DNA from: Octopus sinensis
Taxonomy: Eukaryota
Assembly: GCF_006345805.1 (NCBI RefSeq)
Contig: NC_043001.1
Location: forward strand, 58,466,001 to 58,530,000
Direction of reading: 5' to 3'
DNA length: 64,000 nucleotides
A program made the translations under genes and the position numbers. Below, one piece after another: positions 13,366-27,029 of the stretch (its first letter is position 1; the number at the start of each line of letters is the position of its first letter). The notes beneath the pieces were generated by a model. That model had not been told where the DNA came from. It saw only the letters and a program-made list of their open reading frames with translations, and did not search any database.

Positions 13366-15254
13366 CTCACGCACCCACATATGTATACGCATATGTGTGT
13401 GTGTGTGTGTGCAGAAATACGTACCTACAAGTATGTCACTGTATATGCATACATACTTCTGTGTGTATGTCTATATAGAGAAATTTAGTCAGAGAGACAG
13501 ACATTCTGTGCCAGTATTTTCCAGTCATGTTTGCTAAAAGAAACAGCCATAAGATTAGGGATTAATCAAAGAGTGTATATTGAATGTTAATTTATATGAG
13601 AAAGCGATCACTGTGATGCTTTTCTCGAAATTTATGTGGACACATTTACTAGTGGAAGGAAAGAAAAGTAAAATTAATGCAATGAATGAAACTTATGCAA
13701 TTTGAATGCCAAGAAGAAAAACACTTATACGTCTGAATACAGCTGTAAACATATTCATGGTATATAGGACTGTTGTTCTTGTTAATCTTTATGAATGTAC
13801 ATGTATGTATGTATGTATGTATGTATGTATGTATGTATGTATGTATGTATGTATGTATGCATGTATGTATGTATGAAATTATGTATGTGTTCATGAATAT
13901 ATGTATATAAGCTAAATGTTTTAAAACTTTTTCCCCGCTATAAAGTTTTATTATCTCTCTTTTATGAATGCATACATACATATATGTATATAAATGTGTT
14001 TGTCTTTGTATGTATGCTTTATATTTATGTATGGTACTTTTCAAAAACGCCACATATATATTAAATGTTGGGAATATTGTAACTCTTTCTTTCAGTATCT
14101 GCGCTGCTTTGGCTTTAAGAAAGTCTGATAAATGTGTGTTGTTTAGGGAGGTACATAACCTGTACACAGTAATCAATCAACATCTTATACAAGAAAATTC
14201 TCCATTGTCCAGGTGACAATTAGGTAAGGAACCAAACTATGATAAATGATTTGTTTGTCATACATTCCCCAATGTTACAATCTCTGACTAAAGTTTATCC
14301 ATACCTGGTAAATCGTTTGTTTGCTTTTTGTCATTCATTTAGTTTTAGATATTATTTATCTTATGTCAGTATTTCATACTATTTTCCCTTCAGCACATTT
14401 ATTTATTTGAAAGTTGTGGGCACATATTGGTTTTCTTTTTATTTAATTTTGCATTTATATTTATTTGTTACTTTTTCCATTGTTGTGGAGTAACAAATTT
14501 TGGTTTGTTCATAAAAGTAAATGAGAAAACAATTGATGTGTATTCTTTGGGTTCCATTTGAAAAACACCATCAATAGCAGGACCAAGATATATTAGGATG
14601 CCTATATGACCATACATTTCTTTATTTCTTTACATTTTCAATATAGTTTCACAGGAAAAAATTCAGCAGCAACAACGAGCACTTTTTACTGATACTATAT
14701 TTTACATTCTTATCTCTCTTTCTTTTTGTTATTGTCATTTTCTACAAGAACATCATTCTCCCTATTGACAAATTCTTTACTTTTCGCATTTGACTGAACT
14801 TTGGACACTCTGTTTCACTCTATGTTGCGCATTCTGTTTATTTGATAATATTTTCATTAAAAAAGATTAGTTGTGAAAAAGGAAATATTCTAAGTAAAAG
14901 AGAGTTTTTTTTTAACAAAAGGAGGTTTTATAAATCTTTATTGATAGAAGCAGATGATTGTGTTGCTTTATAGGAAAACAAATGCAGTCATTCTCAACTT
15001 AGAAAAATGTTTAACACAATAATTATTTATGTTATTATCAAGGTTTACGTTATTAAAATCTGATATATGAATAAGAAAATGAAAGTTGCAAAATGCTTGG
15101 ATAACATTTTCTTTATTTTATTGAATACATACAAATATTTCCATTAAGCAATACCTTCGGTAATTTATTCTATCCCAGCTGAGCTAATTCCTTTTCAGTG
15201 AAACCGGTAAACAGAGCATATGCGGAACCCCATTATTTATATATATGTATATAT

Positions 15255-15294
<40 letters not shown>

Positions 15295-15297
<3 letters not shown>

Positions 15298-15468
15298 GCT
15301 TTTTTCAGTTTCGGTCTACCAGATCTACTGACATGGGTTTGGTCAACCTGAGGCTGTTAGTAGAAGACAATTCTCAAGGTGCCTTGAAGTGGGACTGAAA
15401 GTGAAGTGAAGTGGGACTCAAAATATGTGGTTGGGAAGCAAACTTTTTACCACACACCCATGCTTGTG

Positions 15469-15470
<2 letters not shown>
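15295..15470 (-). mobile_element. Partial SINE head (family of 8205-8642)
   Basis: ttttcagtttcggtctaccagatctact...aagtgggact...tttaccacacaccca matches 8480-8630. Confidence 0.6.

Positions 15471-15471
<1 letters not shown>

Positions 15472-15543
<72 letters not shown>
15472..15543. repeat. (TA)n microsatellite
   Basis: Uninterrupted TA run. Similar tracts at ~4640-4837, 5226-5270, 9550-9685, 13300-13365 and 57975-58055. Confidence 0.95.
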
Positions 15544-15545
<2 letters not shown>

Positions 15546-16576
15546 AATACATACATACACATACACATACACACATATGCACACACACATATATGTGTAT
15601 AAATGTAGTAGTGTATGTAATGTGTCATTTTTTTACCAAAGCTCTACTACACAGGGCCAAGCCGAGGCCACAGTCCAGTAACCAAAATAAGCAATAGATT
15701 AAAGATAAAAGTTGATCAAATCATTATTGCTCAGATTTTGTTGTTGTTGTCAGAATACTCTAACCATAATCATCTCATATTCAGCAAAAGTTTATCATCA
15801 GGTCATGCATAATCCAATATATTCTTCTTTTATATAGCAATATAATGTAGATGTTTCAATGTCGAAACTTTGAGGCTTTGTTTTTGTGTTCTTGCTCCTC
15901 CTGATGCTATTGTTATTCTTTACTGTCGTTCTGTACTAATCAGGAAGGCATATGATAACAGCATTCTAACCATGACCACATCCCTTTAAATAATTCATAG
16001 TGAATCTAAGACTATATTCTACATGCTTTACATTCCAATTTAAATATTTAGCTGTAGTTAATGGCAGATCCCAATGAATACACTCAGATCAGCTGAGTGG
16101 TGGTGGCAGTGGTGGCGATGGTGGTGGTGGGGATCATGATGATGATGATGATGATGATACATCCTCTTTATTCTAAAAAACTACAGTTTTCTCTCTTCGG
16201 ACAAACAGAAGATCATCTCTAGTAAATTTTGAAACTTTAAAATCTACAATCTTCTGTGAAAACTTTACCCTCCTTCTCTTTCCTTTTCTTTCTCCCTGAG
16301 TATTCGAAAATGTAAACATCCCTTTCATTACAAAAGCACTACAGTCTTCCCTGATCGGAGATACAAACGAAAATGTCTAAAAGATTTTGAAATTTTAATA
16401 TCTGTAATTTTGTGTGAAAATTTTTAAATGCACGATAAAAAAAAAACAATATATTACACACTGCACAATTACAAAATCAGTAAACCACAGCAAAACTTAT
16501 AGAAGAAAAAGAAAAATTTCAAAGGAAAAAAAAATTCAGAAATTCAAAAATTCAACAAGGTGAATGTCAGTATATA

Positions 16577-16901
16577 TATAAAGATAAATTAAAAATAGAG
16601 ATATTCTGTTGACAATTCAATAATTCATTTATATACCATATTACATTAAATATTATGAATATAATATATAACTTAATATAATATTATATAAATAAAAGTG
16701 TAATAAATTATTTCGACATATATTTTTTCTAACATACACGGTTTGATTGTAAAGGTTTTATGGCCTTTTATGGTTTTTATAATTATTTATATAATATTAT
16801 GTTATGTCATATATTATATTCATAGTATTTAATATAACGTGGTATATAAATAATTTATTGGATTGTCAATAGAATATGTCTATATTGAATATATCTTTAT
16901 A
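16577..16901. repeat. AT-rich imperfect inverted repeat (~118-bp arms, ~89-bp spacer), MITE-like
   Basis: 16577-16694 vs reverse complement of 16784-16901: ttgacaattcaataa/ttgacaatccaataa and atttatatacca...attaaatattatgaatataatat; roughly 80-85% by eye. Confidence 0.8.
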
Positions 16902-17205
16902 ATTTAATTATACCAATATTTATATGGTATCCAACTGAAGTACCAGTGAATTGGATGTTTAACAAACCCCTTTGAAGGATTTATTTTCCTCAGTTTGTTA
17001 CTTTATGTATATATATTTAGTTAGTGGAAGTTTTAAAATGGCATGGTGTAAAATTTTAAATGAGTGGAAGTGTTACAACGTCTTGGTTTTAAAATGGGCT
17101 ACAGCAGATATTCATATCAATACCAAAGATTTGCTTGACCTGAACCAGTTCGTCTTGTCACTTTCTGGCTGAGAATATCTGCGTATCTGACCATGAGCAG
17201 GAGTA

Positions 17206-18488
17206 CGAGGGACGTTCAATAAGTAATGCCTCTGACCCACTTACAGTTGTTTGATCTAACTGACATTTTGCATGTGCAATCATTTATATCTCTATAGAGT
17301 AAATGGCAAATTACAGCTCTGAATTAATTGTGGTTTCTGATTTACAGGTGTTTGAACCGAGTCAAGTGTGAAATGGAGCCTGCTGAGTGTCGAGCAGTGA
17401 TCCGGTTTTTGTATTTGAAAGGATGCACACCACAGGAGACTTTTGATGAAATGAAAGTAACTTATGGTGATGATGCCCCATCATATGACCTTGTAAAACG
17501 CTGGCATCGTGAATTCAAACATGGTCGGAACTCTGTGGAAACAGCTCCCAGATCTGGTCGCCCCCTTCTGCCATTGATGAGGCATCTGTCCATCAAGTTG
17601 AGGCTGTCATTTTGGAAGATCGACGCATAATTATTCGCCAAATAGCCCATGAGGTCAAGATTAGTACCGAGTCTGTGGAAACTATCATTCATGACCATTT
17701 GCATATGCAAAAGGTGTCTGCCAGATGGATTCCCAGGTTGCTCACGCCTTTCCAGAAGCAAGAACGCGTCGAGTACTCGAGGGTGAATTTGGAGATGTGC
17801 CAAGAAGATGAGTCAACATTTTTCAAAAGACTGATTACACAGGATGAAACCTGGGTCCATCACGATGATCCAGAGACCAAAGCCCAGTCAATGCAGTGGA
17901 AGCACCGTGACTCACCCCCTCTAAAGAAGGCAAGGGTGCAGCCCTCCGCTGGCAAGGTCATGCTCACAGTCTTCTGGGACCAGGACGGAGTAGTGATGAC
18001 AGATTTCCTGGCAAAGGGTACCACAATTGCAGGAGCCTATTATGCTTCACTTTTGAGGAAATTAAGAGAAGTTATCAAAATCAAGAGGCGGGGCAAGATC
18101 AGCAAAGGCATCCTCCTCCTGCAGGACAACGCTCCGGTCCACAACTCGCTTGTCGCTAGATCAGAAGCACAGGCGTATGGCTATGAACTCCTCCCCATCT
18201 TTCCTGACCTTGCACCCTCTGATTTTCACCTCTTCCCAATCATGAAGTTGTTTTTGAAAGGAAAGCGTTTCCCAGATGATGCAGCCTTGATTTCTGAAGT
18301 CACGTTGAGGTTGGAGGACCAAACAGGGTTCTTCTACAAAAACGGTCTCCAGAGCCGCATCAAACAATGGGAGAAATGCGTAACTCTGGGTGGTTCCTAT
18401 GTAGAAAAAGACTAATAACTGTGCCAAGTTTCGTTGCTCTACTGCTATGGGAAGTGGGTCAGGGGCATTACTTATTGAACGCCCCTCG
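17206..18488 (+). mobile_element. Mariner DNA transposon, 1283 bp, full termini, TA target duplication
   Basis: TIRs cgagggacgttcaataagtaatgcctctgacccactt and aagtgggtcaggggcattacttattgaacgcccctcg (2 mismatches); TA at 17204-17205 and 18489-18490. Confidence 0.97.
17373..18415 (+). pseudogene. Mariner transposase, frameshifted
   Basis: MEPAECRAVIRFLYLKG...RSGRP, then a frameshift in the C-run at ~17560-17565, then WIPRLL, TQDETW, LQDNAPVH, PDLAPSDFHLF. D-D spacing is 31 rather than 34 (YSP motif deleted). Confidence 0.93.
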
Positions 18489-18805
18489 TAGTGTGGGAGT
18501 AGTCTGTTCAGAGAATGATTTGGGGTTTGAATAATTCACCTCTGGAAACATGGTTGTTTTGTTCAACATTTTCTAACAACCACTTTTTAAGGGACTTTTT
18601 GAGCAGAATGGGCTACTCGTCCTAAAGAAATTTCTAACTGGGCCCCGTCAGATAGGCTATGCACTGTTTATCATGTAATGCATATATGGTTGTGATGCAT
18701 TAACCTGGGGTTCTGTTACCAGATTTTAGTTATGATGGGTTATTGGGCTTCATATATATGTAATCCAATATCATTTTATTGGCATGTGCTGTTCTTTCAC
18801 ACATT

Positions 18806-18809
18806 AATG

Positions 18810-18894
<85 letters not shown>

Positions 18895-19013
18895 TAATAA
18901 TAATAATAACAATAATAATAATAATAATAATAACAATAACAATAATAATAATAATAATATAATAATAATAATAATAATATAATAATAATAATAATAATAA
19001 TATAATAATGATA

Positions 19014-19054
<41 letters not shown>

Positions 19055-19125
19055 TAATAATAATAATAATAATAATAATGATAATAATAATAATAATAAT
19101 AATAAAAAATAATAATAATAATAAT
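18806..19125 (+). repeat. Long (AAT)n microsatellite
   Basis: Directly visible; separates two copies of the 550-bp element. Confidence 0.95.
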
Positions 19126-19652
19126 GCCCTGATGCAGTACCAGGCAGTGGCTCTCATGGCTTCTGATCTTAAGTGTTGTCTTGGTATAAAAGATGGGCTA
19201 CAGCAAATATTCTGCTCAATACCACAGATTTGCTTGTCAGTTGTTTGACCGTAACCAGTTGAGCATGTCCCTTAGTGGCTGACGATATGTGCATCTCTGA
19301 TCACGAGCAGAAGTAGTGGGGGAGAATTATAGCCATGTGTTGAGAGGGATTCTTTGGGCTTTGAATAATTCACCTCTGGAAACATGGGTGGTTCTTTCAA
19401 CATCCTTAAACAACCCTTATTCAGGGACCTTTTGAGCGGGATGGGCTACTCAACCTGAAGAAAATTCTAACTGGGCCCCACCTGCAAGGTCATGTGCTGT
19501 TTATCTTGATATGATATCACCATGTCGCGCACATATGGTTGTGATGCATGTGCCTGGTGTACCTTTATCAGACGGGTAGTCAGGATGGGTATATTGGGCT
19601 TCGTATATTTTACCCCAGTGTCACTTTGATGGCATGAACTGCTCTCTCACTC
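19126..19652 (+). mobile_element. ~550-bp AAT-associated non-autonomous element (copy with small 5-prime deletions)
   Basis: gccctgatgcagtaccaggcagtgg...gaactgctctctcactc with (AAT)n on both sides. Confidence 0.85.
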
Positions 19653-19717
<65 letters not shown>

Positions 19718-19718
<1 letters not shown>

Positions 19719-22700
19719 TTCTTTTATTCGTCACCAGGGCGAAGAATGATGGAGTTAATACAAAGACAGACATCAAATATGAGCTTTACATATAATGGAA
19801 TGGCTTTAAAATATGAAGGACATTATATACAGTTGACATTAATACAATGGAAGTAAGCATAGTATACAGCATTAAACAGAAGAAATAAACTTGATGATGA
19901 TGGTGTCCTCGTGATACAGGAGGACCTTTGGGGATACTCGAGGGTCCCCACCATCCAAGATCACCCTGAATACCGGGAATAAGTACCCTCTTAATCTCCC
20001 TTTCTTCCGACTCACAGGTCAACACTTAGAGTAGTATCGCGCGCTCTAGCTATTTACACAACTTTCACCTACTTTTTGATAAATTCAATCGAGGACAACA
20101 CCTCCGTTTACATATCACCCCACCACACACACACTTTCATTTTCAAGTGAATTTTGAAAACGTCAATGGGGGCTTTACTAAAGAGGAAGGTCTCTATTCT
20201 CATTGCTTTCACCTCGGACAAGCCCGTGTGACAGTACATTCCGAGCTTGTAGAGTTTATCTCGAACTGATAGCGTCCCATCCAGCCACCAGGTAGCATTG
20301 CCAGGTCAAAGACATCTCGAAATTATCCATAGAATTCCCCAATCGGAAAGTCCTCCGGAGTAGACTAGCAAGTTGGTCTTCATCGAAGCTAGTTGTCTTC
20401 GGTCTCTCTAAGGATATTGTCGCACTTACCTGCTACTAATGCTTTTACATATACATAAAGTGGAACATCCACCAATCCTATTACCCGACTTGTTGAAGAC
20501 ATTGAGCTCCTGACGACATTCTAGGAACCAGACGCCCAATCTCAGTCTATCTTTTACTAGGACTGCAGCACTGTCAAGGAGACGCGTTGCGAAAAAGCGT
20601 GTCTCACATTCAGAGCCCACAGTTCACCTTCTAGAAATCGTTGAAGGTGGCGCAACCTGAGTTCGTGTCTGCGCATCAACAGCCATAGCATGCCTCAGGC
20701 GCCAAGCAAAGGAAAATAGCAGCAGATTAACTGCCCGATCATTGGAAAGGGTCCCTTCAACAAAAACACAAAAAGTAAACAACCAGTAATTGGGGAACGG
20801 GGCGACAGTCAAACGGTAAATGATGACGGAGACGATGAAGGCATTCGCCAACTCTGCCCGACCGTTCAGGGACAACTTCCGTTCCGCCAATTTCTGGGTA
20901 ACACAGCCCTCCCTGTTCGTTACCTCTTTCCAATTCTTTTCTACCTGCGGATTTGGACAGAACCAGACGCTGAGCAGTTTAACTGGTCCGTTAATCCAGC
21001 GTCCGACGACCTTGTCTGACGGCATCGTTCTGCCTCTCAAGGTGCCCAGGCACATTCTCACCGAATTGTCCACGTTTATTTTAGCGCCTTCAATTGACCT
21101 ACATTCCTTTACGAAGGAGCGGACCGTCTCCACTTCGGAGGCGTCCGACACTATGATGATGACGTCGTCTTCCTACACGGACACTTCCTTCCAGTGTTGA
21201 ATTTCGAAAGGGAGGCCTATTAACTGTGCCAACATCCTCTGATTGGCTCTAGAGCCAGCACATATAGAAGAACATCCCTGAGAGACCGAATGTGAGATGC
21301 GAAACGGTTCCGATAGGTGGCCGTTTACTTTACCACCGTGCATGTGCCGCTGTGCATTGCAGCAATCCATCCTCTGAAATGGTTACAAAACGCATCACAT
21401 TAAGAGCGGCTTTCAAGTACCGATGGTCGAACCTATCGAAAATTTCGACTGATATACATTGATCAGGGCCCCACCAAAGCCAGCTATAGGCCTAGGCATC
21501 TCCATAATGTATGTGGAGGTTGTCATGGATAGACTTGTTCGGAATTGCACTCGTTTGTACTTCCCCGACCAGAATATCGACGACAAGCGCCAAACTTTTC
21601 GCCAATACCTTAGCCAAAATTTTAATTTCTGTGTTTAGCAGTGTTATGAGCCGAAAATTCCTTAGCACGCCTCCATTGACGACGTCCTTTCTCAGCAAAG
21701 TTACCACCTCCTGACTAAAAGCTCTAGGAACTATCCCAATCTGCTGCCAGTTACTGTAGATGTCTGCCAAGATTCTACCAAACGAATCTGGCATGAATAA
21801 TTAGAATTTATCGGGCAGACATTCCAAACCGGATGATTTGCGACTTGTGCAATCCCCATCGCTTCACATATTTCAATGGCTTTAATTGACTTTTCGCAGA
21901 ATCTCGCGTCCGCTACTGTGAGCCGCGATAGGCTGCCCAGGTACGAAAGAATATCCGCTAAACTGTCGCTCAAATATCTGCCGGAAAGCCACACGCACCT
22001 GCTTAGAACAGAATAACCCACTCCCGTCTTCATCCGTTAAAGACCTGATCGTTTTTGGTTTTCACATCGTGTTCCTCCCGTTCGCGCCCAAGAGACAGCT
22101 TTAGTTCCTTCCTGTTTTAGCTCACGGGCCGTAGCTCTGACAATGCACCCTTCGAGTTTGATCTCAAAGAAATTGTGAAGAGACATTCTCGCCGCAAGCA
22201 CGTCGGTCACCTTACATTTTACTAATTTCTCTTCTAGTTTGCTAATTAGTTCTCCCTCTAATCTATTTACTTCCATTGGTAAATGTTTGCTAAACGCTAT
22301 CGATTCTACTCTCATCGCTCTCTTCTTTCTTTGGCGATCCACTACCAGTTGTTGACGATTGTCCCGATCAACTGCCGATTAACTAGTTCACTAATCCAGT
22401 CCCTGTAGTCTTTGCCTGCCGATAATGGCGTTTTCAGCTTTCAGTAACCGGGTCCCTGCCTACCGGTCTTATTTAAATCGACTGTGCGTATCAAAAATCT
22501 GTGATCTGTGTAGCCGACCGTTTTAAACTGTAGACAACCTATCCTCTGACCTAACCGGTAATCCATCTAAATAAGATCTGGCACACTGATGCATCAGTTA
22601 AATCCAATCAGTATATGCTACAAAGCTGGAAAACTTGAGCAGATTTTCGAGGCTTTTAAACTCATATGTGCTATGTACTAAACCCACACAGTCATTCCGT

Positions 22701-23215
22701 GTCTCTTAAAAAATATTCCAGTGCTCCACTATTACTAAATTGCGAGACGTTCCCGACAATGTCTCTAGACACCTGATGAAATTTAGCCTTCCATCCGCAG
22801 CTGAAACGTAAACCGCCACAAGCCTAAAGGCACCACCTTCGCTGCCATTCATATCCATGGCTACCACCCCAGCATCCATACTTGGAAACCTAAAGATTTC
22901 CAGAATAGCACTACTACACCGCCTCCCGCTCCCGCTAGATCACAAGATGAAATGTTTCGTTGTCCTCGAAAATGGATGCAAGAGCGTGCTTTCCTGAAAT
23001 TCATGTTTCGCTAATGGCAGCCACATCAAAATCAAGTGCCTTGTCATTGTTGAGCAAGTGACCTTGTTTCCAAGCTGATTACAGGCCACACATATTCCCA
23101 CTCTCCACTTTCAACACAGTCATGATAATCGGAGAATGAAAGAGAGGAGGTTATTCACCTTGATTTTCGAGAAGCCCAGAAGTTTTGGGCCTCTCTACTG
23201 GTGATTTTTTTTTAA
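19718..23215 (-). mobile_element. 5-prime-truncated, decayed L1/Tx1-like LINE (ORF2: endonuclease plus RT)
   Basis: Endonuclease-like KQGHLLNNDKALDFDVAAISET (~23080-22990); RT-like LRNFRLITLLNTEIKILAKVLA and SIHDNLH; GAKIN...KNW...LSLNGRAELAN; AATAAA near 19725. Confidence 0.88.
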
Positions 23216-26200
23216 AAACCCTTTCAACAGACATTTGTCAATTGATGTTGTAAAGATCCCCACACTACATGGGAATTTTTCTCGGATTGTTTTATAAACG
23301 TCAGCTTATAAACATTTGCGTTGCACACATTTCAATATCAACTTGCCTTGGAAAATGAAACACATGTAACGCCTTGAAAAATATGTATACAGCGATTATA
23401 TATAAAAGACTGAAATGTTGTTTGACAATTATTTCGAGTATAAGGGAAGTAGTATTATATGAAATATTACTGACAGCTTGTAAAATCTAAAGTACTTAAT
23501 GATTGTTTTCCATCCCTTATATTATTGATACAAATGTATTGATAATGAACGATATTTGCCAAGGCTTTGTCAATTTACCTAGCTGATATAAAGATACAAC
23601 TCAGATAAAGGAAACATTTTTTAGCGGATGAAAAATCGAAAACGCATTCTCAAACACAATTTTTAAACTTGATTGTTTATGTTAACAGTAAAAGACATGT
23701 ACTTTAACTGAATATTTGTGTAACTTGCACAAGGTCATCAATCTCTTCGCAGTAGGACATTGTTTTAACTAATTATATAACTTAATGACGAAAACCAGTG
23801 TTAACTTGAACTTTTCTATTCATATTTTGCAAGAAATATCTACATTCTACTCCAGCAATATTTCTGAATCGAAGAATTCTTACGATAATAATGAATACTA
23901 ATATTACTACAGTCCAACAAACTTTGTGGTAATAAATATAACTGACTAAATCAACTCTGCTATCGCATTACAGTTCTTCAGCCTGTACGGAATGTATGCC
24001 AGTATCTTGTCGGTTGAACTACTAGACACATCAGCCATTTCTTCATATAAAGCCCAATATCAAATATATTTTTTGTATGGCGATGCTAGATGTATTATAT
24101 CTCAAAACCAAATATTGGATGTTCATACCACCACTTCCTTTGATTATAGACGTAGCAGATGACGGCAGATCTAGAAAGAAATAACAACGGATACATACTT
24201 TACGGGATACTGAATTTTGAAAGCAAAATTGACTTGGGTAGGATTCGAAATTGGAACGTAATGGATTCCCTCAAACTCCACGAATTTTTTTTCTCACCGT
24301 CAGCCTTAGTGTAAATATAAGAAAAATGTCATAGATATTTCTTACCGGCAATTTTATTTTTATGGTATAAAGCCCTTGGTTGAAATTCTATTTTTGGCTA
24401 AGCTATATGGTATAACTATAAACTCTTTCCTTGTACTTCAACTCCAGACTGCTTAAACGCAAAGCTATACTCAAGAGATTGAATCTCAGATCATAATTTT
24501 GTGTGTGATTCTAGTGATTCGCTTAATTCATTAATCAACCCAAGTATTTAATCAGTTATACATTCTAAACTTTTAACTTGTTTCTAATGCATGATCGGCA
24601 AGGTAAGGTTTCAGGATGCTGGATTTCACAGAAAATGTGATAAAAGGAATGATGAATGATGACCATTTCAATATCAGGCTTCGCAATATCTTGTCAGCAT
24701 GAGAATGCAATCAAACCATTATTATGAAGTTTGCAATGAGATATTGATACCCTCAGATGCTAAATGAAGGTACTGCACTGTACCAAATTTTGAATATGGG
24801 ACTGTAACCCACGCTAGCTGAATCCCACAAATTTACAATCTCTAGAAAGCGCAGAATGTTTAAGATGAATTTACCAAATTAGAATGCTTGAAATTTAAGA
24901 CATTAAACACGGAGCAGCCGTGTTATAGTTTATAATTCACAACTGACATTCTCATAGAATTAGGCATGATAAAATGGTAGTAAACTCCGTATTTCCTATT
25001 CACATACTTTTCCAAATTGTTCATGTTTGACATTTCTATAGATGGCAACAATACAGTGAAGATTGTATTCAGGAAGTAGTCTATTCATGCTTCTGTAGAA
25101 ATCATGAATGACAATGCATGAAATGAAATTCCTGACATGACTGATACAGAAACAATATATTATCAGTTTCTCTTCCAATGTCATGCTGACCAATGGAATT
25201 CTTCATTTTACGATCCCAAACAGCAAATCTAATAGTATTATTGCTAATACACAAAAAGAAATTGCCATTTTCACAATTGAATCATACAGGTTATGATCAA
25301 TGTAAGAACGAAGCAAAACAAAGCAGTTATTCCTCCTCTCCAACCAAAGAAAGCAGAACAATGTATATCTATCAAATAAACCACGTTATCATTTCAACAG
25401 GTTTCATTGTTTAAGATTTGTGCCGAAGCTGAGCATTATGTTATTTAACACTTCCGACACGAACCGCTTAAGAGAGCCTCTCAATTTTTGAAAGACAAAA
25501 ATAAAACAACTCTTGCTTTAAAGCAATCGTATTTAAAGAAAACTCCCCAATTCCAATTTGTGTGAAAGAAGTATATGTCTGTTTGAAAGACAGACTCATT
25601 AATTGTTTCTAACAAATACTAGGCTCAAAATTTTGTAGAGGGACTTGGCTGATATCACCATCACCAGCATCTGATTGATATTATAATTCTTTGACCACGA
25701 GTGGTTGAAAGGCGATGTTGACCTTGACTAAAATGTGAAGTGAAAGCATAAAGATCCGAAAGAAAAATAGTATATTAATTTGTTCGACACACCAACGGTG
25801 TTGCTAATATTTTTACCCTACACAGGTTTAATTATGGAAACTTACTTATTTTACTAAATCCGATGAATCTCGTGATTGTTTCCACGTGGAAAATGTATTT
25901 TAATTTTAAAAGATGTCATGAAAAAGTTAACACACAAACTCTTTTGGAAGAATTTCTCTTGTTTCGATAAACATCAATGATGTTATTTTCAGTTGCCTTA
26001 CCTTTCATCATTTCAATAATATATAGTATAGTTAATATCATTGTGTCCTAATATTCTGTTATCATCCAGTTATATTATAAGTTATCATTCACCTGTGATA
26101 TGTCGTTGTGAAAGAAATGCTATAAATCATACAGAAAATTCTAAATACCTCTTCAGCATTCATGTTATAATTCATTAACCTATTTTTCAAGACAACAATC

Positions 26201-26417
26201 CTTGAACCCCCGCTGATACTATTGTAGAATGCTAAGAGTTTGGAAATATAGTTGCTTAATATTGTGGTACATTACTTCAAACCTTCAAACCAAAATTAGG
26301 CATACATGCATACATATATACATACATACATACATACACATACATACATTCATACATACATGCATACCTTCATGCATACATACATGCATACATGCGTATG
26401 TACAGGCATACATACAT

Positions 26418-27010
<593 letters not shown>

Positions 27011-27029
27011 TAATAATAATAATAATACT

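Larger units (their letters stand above)
17090..18805 (+). mobile_element. Diverged ~550-bp AAT-associated element split by a mariner (17090-17203 and 18491-18805)
   Basis: The two flanks join into ...catgagcaggagTAgtgtggga... and continue to ctttcacacatt(aat)n, matching 27030-27581. Confidence 0.75.

Noticed and set aside
16026-16037. 12-nt complement to the 5-prime end of miR-1 (ctttacattcca)
   Set aside because: No precursor hairpin on either strand. A match of this length to some conserved miRNA is plausible by chance in AT-rich DNA. At most a possible target site.
16058-16162. Minus-strand His-rich ORF MYHHHHHHHDPHHH...ICH
   Set aside because: 34 codons, mostly derived from (GAT)n and (GGT)n repeats.
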